64,000 bases of DNA from Lachnospiraceae bacterium (GTDB lineage Bacteria; Bacillota; Clostridia; Lachnospirales; Lachnospiraceae): positions 2,100 through 66,099 of the forward strand of contig JAILNG010000119.1 in the NCBI GenBank assembly GCA_024691875.1, given 5' to 3'. The position numbers and the translations under genes were made by a program. The notes beneath the pieces are model-generated. The model was not told where the DNA came from. It ran no database searches and saw nothing but the letters and a program-made list of their open reading frames with translations. Shown in pieces: positions 48,571-55,582 of this stretch; positions within the stretch are counted from its first letter, which is position 1; each line of letters starts with the position of its first letter.

Positions 48571-49002
48571 TCATCTTCTCTTTCCGGTGTACCCCATAAA
48601 CTTCGTACCGCAATTGCGGCATGTGATCTCGATCTTTCCGTGATGTTTGGGCACCTTAACCTGCTTTTTGCATCCGGGGCATTTAAAATACTTGTAATTG
48701 CCGTCCGGTCCCGCTCCGAAGATCCCCTTGACGGAGTTCAGAAATGCATAGTACTTGTAATTCTCTCTGACTCTTTTTTCACGTTTGGTGGAAAAGATCC
48801 TGAAATACTCCCAGATAATGAGAGCCCATGAGATCGCATCCATCGCCCAGCGGACATATGCATTCCTGACAAAGCCCGAGGCAAACATGACAATGATACC
48901 GAGGACCAGGATAAATTTACCCAGGCCGTCAATTCCGTACCTTCCGTACATAAAATTTCTGAAGCTGTTTCCCAGCCTCTTAAAGAAACCATTTTCCCTC
49001 AT
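48571..49002 (-). CDS. Membrane protein with a C-terminal zinc ribbon
   Basis: Start set to M24 (MRENGFFKRLGN) with a GGAGG RBS. It has two TM helices and then CPGC...(14 aa)...CRNC. Confidence 0.65.
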   Translation of the reverse strand: MRENGFFKRLGNSFRNFMYGRYGIDGLGKFILVLGIIVMFASGFVRNAYVRWAMDAISWALIIWEYFRIFSTKREKRVRENYKYYAFLNSVKGIFGAGPDGNYKYFKCPGCKKQVKVPKHHGKIEITCRNCGTKFMGYTGKRR

Positions 49003-49126
49003 AAAAAATCGCCTCCGTGTAAAATTCTTATAAATACACAGAATAATACACAGCGACGCAAAAAACAACAAATAGAAGTATTAACTTTATTAAATTTTTC
49101 TGATGTAGCGGATAATTTATGCTGTA

Positions 49127-49639
49127 TTAAAGAGAAACGCAACCTTCGAAAATTTCAATGACATGACTGATCTGCTTCTCGGCTTCTTCCTGTCCGAGTG
49201 TAACTCCAAGTTCTTCAGTCAGTTTAGCGGAAACATTTTTGAAATATCTTTCATCCGTAGAAGTAACTTTTTTGCCGCTGAGCGCTCTTGTTTGCTTGCG
49301 CACACATAATGTTTTCAACAATTCCATCCATTTGGTACAGTCTAAAGAATAGATCGCTTCTTTATAGACTATTTCGCATTGCTTTTCGTTGTCTATAACG
49401 TATTCCGTCAAGCTGTCTATTCCGTTCAGAACCGTCTTCACCTCATCCTCTTTTAGGACAGGTCGGACTTTTGCTTTTTCGTTGTCTGTCGGTAGGTAGA
49501 TTACATTATTCCGATTGTTTATCGGGACCATAATGTAGTATTCCGTGTCGTTATTTAGACCCGGCATCCCCTTAACGATGTCTTCGACTCTACAGACTCC
49601 GTTATTACCATATTGTACTAAATCGCCTTTATTAAACAC
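49127..49639 (-). CDS. CarD/CdnL-family transcriptional regulator-like protein
   Basis: 170 aa. The N-terminal Tudor-like CarD_CdnL_TRCF motif is FNKGDLVQYGNNGVCRVEDI. Confidence 0.7.
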   Translation of the reverse strand: MFNKGDLVQYGNNGVCRVEDIVKGMPGLNNDTEYYIMVPINNRNNVIYLPTDNEKAKVRPVLKEDEVKTVLNGIDSLTEYVIDNEKQCEIVYKEAIYSLDCTKWMELLKTLCVRKQTRALSGKKVTSTDERYFKNVSAKLTEELGVTLGQEEAEKQISHVIEIFEGCVSL

Positions 49640-49753
49640 CTTTCACCGATTCCTTTCCAAACCCCGAAGTTCTCCTAAAGTAAAGTATAGCACAATATAG
49701 AAAAAAATGTAAGAGGCGTTATTAAATTAACAAAGCAATTGAAAGTGCCTTTC

Positions 49754-49790
49754 AAAAAGCAAGAAAACAGCCGAGTTTTTCCTCGGCTGT
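49754..49790 (-). terminator. Terminator after the DUF1295 gene
   Basis: On the minus strand, ACAGCCGAG-gaaaaa-CTCGGCTGT is followed by TTTCTTGCTTTTT. Confidence 0.7.
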
Positions 49791-49812
49791 TAAAACTGTC
49801 ATATGCAAAAGA

Positions 49813-50778
49813 TCACGCATGGATCTCTCTTTGTCCTTCATCCTCGTCATATCTTTTTCCCGGGAAGAATTTGGACACCTTGTTTTTGTACTCCGCATAC
49901 TCAGGATACTTTCCGGAACTGATCTCCTCCGCAAAAGCAGAACTGCCTATAAACAGAAGGATCAACAGCAGCGCTCCCACTATGCTCCAGTTAAAAATGT
50001 TCACGCCCGCTCCCACGCTGAAAAGATACATGGATGCCCAGACACCCTGTTCTCCGAAATAATTGGGATGTCTGCTCCTATTCCAGAGTCCTGTGGTATT
50101 AAAGCCCCTGTCGTAGGGAGAAGGAAGCTCTTTCAGCTGTTTCCCGCTGCCCAGCAGGGATTTCTTTCTGCTCTGGAAATTCCATTGCTGTTCATCCGCA
50201 ACCGTCTCAAAGATAAGGAAGAAAAGTACCAGGAAGGAAGCGATCCAGTCCTTAAGCCCGAAGGGATTTGAAGATTCCATGCTTATTACTGCGGGAAGTG
50301 TGATTATGAGCACTAATACGTTCTGATAGATCGAAATAAAGAAAAGATCGAACAATGCCCATTTCCACCTGGGTCTGAATTCTTTTCTGGCTCTTAAGAC
50401 CGCCCAGCGATAATCCTCTTCACCCGTCCAGAATTTAAGACTGTAAGCGCCCTTACGTGCGAAATTGTATGTGAGCCTCAGGCCCCAGAGAGTAGCAAGT
50501 CCCGCCATGGTGATCAGTCTGGGAGTCATTCCCCCTCTTACGGCCACTACCCACAGATATATGATGGGCAGAATGCTCCAAAGCTTATCCATCTGGCTGT
50601 TGTTTCTTGTGATCTCACCCACAACGAAACAATAAAGCGCCGATACTCCCGCAATGATCCCCAGGATCTTAAGTGTTTCCGCCTGTCCTTCGGTAGGCAC
50701 GGGCCCCACGACAAAATAAAGAATGGGACAGGCAAACAGCGATAACCCTAAAACCACAGCCACCAATAATTTCTTCAT
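49813..50778 (-). CDS. DUF1295 / steroid-5-alpha-reductase-like polytopic membrane protein
   Basis: 321 aa with multiple TM helices. The C-terminal motif is GLWNRSRHPNYFGE. Confidence 0.7.
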   Translation of the reverse strand: MKKLLVAVVLGLSLFACPILYFVVGPVPTEGQAETLKILGIIAGVSALYCFVVGEITRNNSQMDKLWSILPIIYLWVVAVRGGMTPRLITMAGLATLWGLRLTYNFARKGAYSLKFWTGEEDYRWAVLRARKEFRPRWKWALFDLFFISIYQNVLVLIITLPAVISMESSNPFGLKDWIASFLVLFFLIFETVADEQQWNFQSRKKSLLGSGKQLKELPSPYDRGFNTTGLWNRSRHPNYFGEQGVWASMYLFSVGAGVNIFNWSIVGALLLILLFIGSSAFAEEISSGKYPEYAEYKNKVSKFFPGKRYDEDEGQREIHA

Positions 50779-50855
50779 AATGCTAAATCTCCGATTCTTT
50801 CATATATTTCCTTATGATTATACCCGTATTTCATAAACTCCTCAACAAAAAAAGT

Positions 50856-51338
50856 TTAATCTTTTGTGAAATCGGCGTACTCTCCCTCATCCGCCTTAAG
50901 CAGGTCGGCAGGTGCGATCTCCAGCTGTGACCCGATCCTTCCTCCGCTCACAAAAACAGTTTCAAATTTTTTTGCATCTTCCGCTACTTTTGTCACGTAT
51001 TTTTTCTTCATCCCTATGGAAGTCGTACCACCTCTGATGTAGCCCGTAACCTTGTTAATGTCCTTTACGGGGATCATTTCTATGTTTTTAACTCCCACAG
51101 TCTTTGCGCACTTTTTGAAATCCAGTTCCTTATCGATCGGCAGCACAAATACGTAGTAGTTCTTGTCTGCTCCCACGGTAACCAGAGTCTTAAACACTCT
51201 CTCGTGGGGAAGCCCAAGGGTATCGGCGATCTGGCTTCCGTCGGTAAATTCCTTACACTCGTATTCCATGTGCTTGTATGCGATCCCCAGTGAGTCAAGG
51301 ATACGCATGGCATTTGTTTTAACTTCTTTCTTTCCCAT
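50856..51338 (-). CDS. ybaK: Cys-tRNA(Pro)/Cys-tRNA(Cys) deacylase YbaK
   Basis: 160 aa with TNAMRILD... and KTLV.. motifs and the size of the YbaK/EbsC family. Confidence 0.82.
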   Translation of the reverse strand: MGKKEVKTNAMRILDSLGIAYKHMEYECKEFTDGSQIADTLGLPHERVFKTLVTVGADKNYYVFVLPIDKELDFKKCAKTVGVKNIEMIPVKDINKVTGYIRGGTTSIGMKKKYVTKVAEDAKKFETVFVSGGRIGSQLEIAPADLLKADEGEYADFTKD

Positions 51339-51363
51339 AATGTACGTCCTTTGATGATCTTAA

Positions 51364-51402
51364 AGCAGAAAAAGACTCCGAAGCATATGCAACGGAGTCT
51401 TT
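51364..51402 (-). terminator. Terminator after the HdeD-like gene
   Basis: On the minus strand, AAAGACTCCG-n12-CGGAGTCTTT is followed by TTCTGCTTT. Confidence 0.65.
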
Positions 51403-51410
51403 TAATCGGT

Positions 51411-51923
51411 CTATTTAAATGCTTTTAATGTAAAGAGATCCGTGAGTCCGTTTACGATAAGACTGATGCCCGCAACGATCGCAACAATGTTCATGACTGT
51501 TCCGGCTCTGAAGATGAGGAAAAGTCCTACAAGAAATGTTGCTACACCAAGGATCAATCCCACGATAAAACTGTTGCTCTTCTTATGCTGTAATGCAGCA
51601 AGCACATTTGTAAGTCCTTCGATAACAAGATAAACGCCCAGGATTATAGGGAAAATGTTTACGATGATATCAGGTCTTACAAAGAACAGAATGCCCAGCG
51701 CAAGAACGATGATCGAGCATGCCAATGCGGTATTGGAACGATTCTTCTTAATAATAAAAAGAACGATCCCCGCTGCTCCGGCAACAATGCAAAGAATTGC
51801 AGCAACTTTAACAAGTGTGGCAAGAACTCCGCCCTGCATGATGAGTAACAATACGCCCAGAACAATGCTGAAAATTGCAACGATCAGCTTGTTTGCAATA
51901 ATGCTTTTAAGAAACTTAGACAT
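51411..51923 (-). CDS. HdeD/DUF308-family membrane protein
   Basis: Start set to ATG 51923 (GGGAGG 7 nt upstream). It has six TM helices with repeated GxxxxxxG(I/L) patterns. Confidence 0.7.
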   Translation of the reverse strand: MSKFLKSIIANKLIVAIFSIVLGVLLLIMQGGVLATLVKVAAILCIVAGAAGIVLFIIKKNRSNTALACSIIVLALGILFFVRPDIIVNIFPIILGVYLVIEGLTNVLAALQHKKSNSFIVGLILGVATFLVGLFLIFRAGTVMNIVAIVAGISLIVNGLTDLFTLKAFK

Positions 51924-52130
51924 TTTGATACCTCCCAAATGTTTTCAGGTCAACCCTGTTTTTATGATTATAGCATTTTTTATTTTTTATGTGAAGTACG
52001 TCCTTTGTCCCTTTTTCATTGTTGAATTTCTTTTGCAAATTTGGTAAAGTAAAGATTGTCAGAATTAACCTTTCACTTAATTCAAATTTTCTAATTTTTT
52101 TCGTATCTGAACGAAAAGGACGGAGGATGT

Positions 52131-53387
52131 ATGGAGAAAAAGAAACGTAATGTAATCGTGGGACAGTCGGGAGGACCCACAGCGGCAATCAATTCCTCAC
52201 TGGCAGGTGTTTTCAGAACCGCCATTGACAGAGGCTACAAAACGGTTTACGGAATGCTTCACGGGGTTCAGGGACTGCTGGAGGGACGTTACATCGATCT
52301 CTCCGACCACATTCAGTCCGGACTTGATGCAGAGCTTTTAAAGCGCACTCCTTCCGCTTACCTTGGAACCTGTCGTTACAAGCTCCCCACCATCAACGAA
52401 AACAAAGAGGTTTACGAAAAGATCTTCAAGATCCTTGATGATCTTCAGGTGGACTGCTTCATTTACATCGGCGGAAACGACTCTATGGACACCATAAAGA
52501 AGTTGTCCGATTACGCCATCATTTCCGGTTCCGACATACGCTTTGTCGGTTGTCCGAAGACCATAGATAACGACCTTGCTCTCACGGATCATACCCCCGG
52601 TTACGGTTCCGCCGCAAAGTACATCGGCACTTCCGTAAAGGAGATCATCCGTGACGGATGGAGTCTTGAAACAAAGCACGGTCAGGTACTCATCATCGAG
52701 ATCATGGGCAGAAATGCAGGCTGGCTCACAGGCGCTTCCGTTCTCGCAAAGGGTGAGGACTGCGACGGGCCCGATGCCATCTATCTCCCGGAGCTTCCTT
52801 TTGACATTCCCACATTTATCGAAAAGGCAAGAACCCTCCTTAAGAAGAAGGCATCTGTTGTTATCGCCGTTTCGGAAGGCATACACACCGCGGACGGCAA
52901 ATACATCTGCGAAATGGACGAATACTCCGATTACGTTGATGCTTTCGGTCACAAACAGCTGACAGGAACGGCCAGGTATCTCTGCAACGTTCTCGCAAAA
53001 GAGATCGGCTGTAAGACTCGTGCCATTGAGCTCTCTACCCTGCAGAGATCCGCAAGCCACTGTGCTTCCCGTATCGACATTCTCGAAGCCTATGAAGTCG
53101 GTGGTGCCGCAATGAAGGCGGCTGACGAAGGAGACAGCGGAAAGATGGTTGTCATTCAAAGACTTTCGGACGATCCCTATCAGGCCGGAACGGAAGTCAA
53201 GGACGTTCACAAGATTGCGAACGACGAACGCCTTGTTCCCCGCGAATGGATCACCAAAGACGGAACCTACGTCACCAATGAATTCATCACCTACGTTCGT
53301 CCTCTCATCCAGGGCGATGTGGCTCCCATCATGGTAGACGGAATTCCCAGACATTTGTACAGAAAAGGTTATCAGGACCTGTTGTAA
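52131..53387 (+). CDS. pfp: Diphosphate-dependent 6-phosphofructokinase (PPi-PFK type signature)
   Basis: 418 aa with GQSGGPTAAIN. The specificity positions read IGGNDS (Asp where ATP enzymes have Gly) and CPKTIDND (Lys where ATP enzymes have Gly). Confidence 0.8.
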   Translation: MEKKKRNVIVGQSGGPTAAINSSLAGVFRTAIDRGYKTVYGMLHGVQGLLEGRYIDLSDHIQSGLDAELLKRTPSAYLGTCRYKLPTINENKEVYEKIFKILDDLQVDCFIYIGGNDSMDTIKKLSDYAIISGSDIRFVGCPKTIDNDLALTDHTPGYGSAAKYIGTSVKEIIRDGWSLETKHGQVLIIEIMGRNAGWLTGASVLAKGEDCDGPDAIYLPELPFDIPTFIEKARTLLKKKASVVIAVSEGIHTADGKYICEMDEYSDYVDAFGHKQLTGTARYLCNVLAKEIGCKTRAIELSTLQRSASHCASRIDILEAYEVGGAAMKAADEGDSGKMVVIQRLSDDPYQAGTEVKDVHKIANDERLVPREWITKDGTYVTNEFITYVRPLIQGDVAPIMVDGIPRHLYRKGYQDLL

Positions 53388-53396
53388 TAAAACAAA

Positions 53397-53430
53397 GATC
53401 CCCTGTTTATTGCAGGGGATCTTTCAGTTT
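53397..53430 (+). terminator. Intrinsic terminator of pfp
   Basis: GATCCCCTG-loop-CAGGGGATC followed by TTTCAGTTT. Confidence 0.75.
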
Positions 53431-53431
53431 C

Positions 53432-53460
53432 AAAAAAAGCTGAGATCTTTCGATCTCAGC
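53432..53460 (-). terminator. Intrinsic terminator ending the tRNA cluster
   Basis: On the minus strand, GCTGAGATC-GAAA-GATCTCAGC is followed by TTTTTTT. Confidence 0.8.
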
Positions 53461-53471
53461 CTTGCATTTCG

Positions 53472-53544
53472 TGAGCCACGCGGGACTCGAACCCGCGACA
53501 CCTTGATTAAAAGTCAAGTGCTCTACCGCCTGAGCTAGTAGCCC
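53472..53544 (-). tRNA. tRNA-Lys (anticodon UUU)
   Basis: 73-nt cloverleaf folded by hand. Acceptor GGGCUAC/GUGGCUC, anticodon loop CUUUUAA, T-loop UUCGAGU. No encoded CCA. Confidence 0.9.
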
Positions 53545-53559
53545 ATATTTTTTCAGAAG

Positions 53560-53631
53560 CTGGGCTAGCTGGATTCGAACCAGCGAGTGCAGCAGTCAAA
53601 GTGCTGTGCCTTACCGCTTGGCGATAGCCCA
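53560..53631 (-). tRNA. tRNA-Gln (anticodon UUG)
   Basis: 72 nt. Acceptor UGGGCUA/UAGCCCA, anticodon stem CAGCA/UGCUG, loop CUUUGAC, T-loop UUCGAAU. No encoded CCA. Confidence 0.9.
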
Positions 53632-53664
53632 ATGTTTGCGGTGCCCTTCGTTCATTTCCGAAAG

Positions 53665-53739
53665 GGTGGATACTGGGACTCGAACCCAGGGCCTCCAGAG
53701 CCACAATCTGGCGCGCTAGCCAACTGCGCTATATCCACC
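53665..53739 (-). tRNA. tRNA-His (anticodon GUG)
   Basis: 75 nt including the encoded extra G-1 opposite C73. Anticodon loop UUGUGGC, T-loop UUCGAGU. No encoded CCA. Confidence 0.9.
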
Positions 53740-53778
53740 ATGTTGATCACTGTCATTAAGCGACAACTTTTTTCTTCT

Positions 53779-53809
53779 TAAAAAAGAATGCAGTCTACGA
53801 TACGTAGAC
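53779..53809 (-). terminator. Stem-loop after tRNA-Arg, possibly a weak terminator or a processing structure
   Basis: On the minus strand, GGTCTACG-TAT-CGTAGACT is followed by GCATTC and only then TTTTTT. The T-tract is not contiguous with the stem. Confidence 0.35.
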
Positions 53810-53815
53810 CGCGCA

Positions 53816-53889
53816 TGTGCCAGAAGGGATTCGAACCCCCGACACCCGCCTTAGAAGGGCGGTGCTCTATCCAGCTGAGCTACTGACAC
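53816..53889 (-). tRNA. tRNA-Arg (anticodon UCU)
   Basis: 74 nt. Acceptor GUGUCAG/CUGGCAC, anticodon stem CCGCC/GGCGG, loop CUUCUAA. No encoded CCA. Confidence 0.88.
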
Positions 53890-53917
53890 ATAACTTAGGA
53901 CATAAAGTCTAAGTAAA

Positions 53918-53988
53918 AGCAGGTGATGGGAATCGAACCCACGTATCCAGCTTGGAAGGCTGGTGTTCTACCATTGAACCACACCTGC
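53918..53988 (-). tRNA. tRNA-Gly (anticodon UCC)
   Basis: 71 nt. Acceptor GCAGGUG/CACCUGC, anticodon stem CCAGC/GCUGG, loop CUUCCAA, discriminator U. No encoded CCA. Confidence 0.9.
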
Positions 53989-54051
53989 ATAATTGAACCT
54001 ATAACTTCGTCGTTTCCTTCGAAGTATTTACTCGCTCAAGCGACAAGCGAT

Positions 54052-54080
54052 AATTTACCACAGGTTAAAGCTTTTGTCAA
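54052..54080 (-). promoter_or_regulatory. Sigma-A-type promoter inside the tRNA cluster, upstream of tRNA-Gly
   Basis: On the minus strand: TTGACA, 17-nt spacer, then TAAATT preceded by TGG (extended -10). Confidence 0.6.
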
Positions 54081-54172
54081 CAACCTTTTTTATAATTTTT
54101 CAAGAAACAAGCACAATTTATTGTGGCCTTTTCAAAAAAAGGCGGTTTAATTGTGGTTTGAGGCTTCTTGAA

Positions 54173-54246
54173 TCGGGGTGACAGGATTCGAACCTGCGAC
54201 CTCCTGCTCCCAAAGCAGGCGCTCCACCAAGCTGAGCCACACCCCG
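54173..54246 (-). tRNA. tRNA-Pro (anticodon UGG)
   Basis: 74 nt. Acceptor CGGGGUG/CACCCCG, anticodon stem CCUGC/GCAGG, loop UUUGGGA. No encoded CCA. Confidence 0.9.
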
Positions 54247-54272
54247 AGCCTTTGTTTGCGAAAAGCAAGCGA

Positions 54273-54301
54273 ATTATACAGCAGGCCTTTGCAAATGTCA
54301 A
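54273..54301 (-). promoter_or_regulatory. Consensus sigma-A promoter upstream of tRNA-Pro
   Basis: On the minus strand: TTGACA, 17 nt, TATAAT. Both hexamers are perfect. It begins 3 nt after the stop of the upstream CDS. Confidence 0.7.
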
Positions 54302-54304
54302 TAA

Positions 54305-55573
54305 CTATCTTGTTATGTATATATTGGATTCTTCGGTGCTTCCGTCAGTTTTTACGGTAATGATCTCCACTCTCTGACTCCTGCTTTCGCTTTCCAGGAA
54401 AATGTTCTTCCTGTCGATCGATGAACTGTTCAGATAATCAAAGATGATCGTCCCAGAGGCATATACTTCGCCGGCTCTGAACACTTGGAGATCAACTGTG
54501 CTGAAAGTCATCTTGTCACCGTTCGGATCTTTGGCTTTGGGTCCTTTAACAGATACACTTCCCGTAGTATTAAAGGATGTCGCCTTGGAATTGTACTTTC
54601 CGCTTCCGAACAGGTTGATAATGTTTGTTCCGTCCTCATAGTCCAAAACAAAACCCACATCTTTGTTAAGATAAGTGTATCCTGCCTTAATGTGCTTTGT
54701 TTGCTGCTCAGTGTCTGTTCCGGCCTGTTCCGACACAAGATCGGCCATTGTGATCCCTTCACTTACATTAATGTAAAAGGCACCGGACAGTTTTTGCAAA
54801 GCCGCATCTCCGTTTCTCTTTTGAACTGCTTTTTCTCTTGCTTTCGCAAGAAAATCCTCATAGGTCACATCATCGTCGCTTAAAGATCTGTATGCTTTTT
54901 TAAGTGCCTTATCCTTTTCGGCCGTATCAAAGCAAGCCTGTACCGCTCTGTCAAAATCATCGGGAAAAAGCTCAAACTTCATCTCAGTCTCGACCAGAAT
55001 GACACCGTCAAGGTTGTTAATGAAGTTGTCATCTCTCGCAGTTATCGCATTCTTAAAAAGCTCATTCAGATAGACAAGACGGTATTTTTTGATCAGCTTC
55101 TTAACCTTAGAATTTTTTAAGATGCCGGAAGAAGCGATCTTTTTCAGATCAATATCGCCAAAATCAAAAGAAGCCAGAGGAATGTTCCAGGTCGCTTCCG
55201 TAATAGCATATCCGTTTTCTGTGTAGTGGCAATCCAATGTTACGTTGTTTAAAAGAAGGTTAACGAAGCTGTTCGCTCCTCCGTTTCTGATCTGTACTTT
55301 TCCGACCGCAGTACCTCGTTCCTCAGGGTAAAGCTCTAATTCGGAAAGCACAAATCTGTCAACGCTCTCCAGTTTTTTTACCATCTCCTCCGCCAGATAC
55401 TCGGAGTTGTTCTTTTTGCTGTTGAAAGGTGAATCAAAAAAACCGTTGCGGTAGCCGTAAATGCCAACCGCAACAATAATAAGGATAAGGCCGAGGACCA
55501 TACGTCCCCTGCCTTTCCCTTTATTTACATTTCTTTTCAAAAGATCTTCATCTTTTTCGTTGATCTCTGTCAT
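54305..55573 (-). CDS. Hypothetical membrane-anchored extracytoplasmic protein
   Basis: 422 aa. A charged N-terminus is followed by one TM helix (MVLGLILIIVAVGIYGY) and a large domain with no family recognised. It lies 9 nt downstream of secDF. Confidence 0.6.
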   Translation of the reverse strand: MTEINEKDEDLLKRNVNKGKGRGRMVLGLILIIVAVGIYGYRNGFFDSPFNSKKNNSEYLAEEMVKKLESVDRFVLSELELYPEERGTAVGKVQIRNGGANSFVNLLLNNVTLDCHYTENGYAITEATWNIPLASFDFGDIDLKKIASSGILKNSKVKKLIKKYRLVYLNELFKNAITARDDNFINNLDGVILVETEMKFELFPDDFDRAVQACFDTAEKDKALKKAYRSLSDDDVTYEDFLAKAREKAVQKRNGDAALQKLSGAFYINVSEGITMADLVSEQAGTDTEQQTKHIKAGYTYLNKDVGFVLDYEDGTNIINLFGSGKYNSKATSFNTTGSVSVKGPKAKDPNGDKMTFSTVDLQVFRAGEVYASGTIIFDYLNSSSIDRKNIFLESESRSQRVEIITVKTDGSTEESNIYITR

Positions 55574-55582
55574 TAAAGCCTA

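Noticed and set aside
53472-54301. The tRNA cluster as a possible integration hotspot or genomic-island boundary.
   Set aside because: I saw no integrase, recombinase or phage gene, and no duplicated tRNA 3' end. The flanking genes (pfp, secDF) are core functions.
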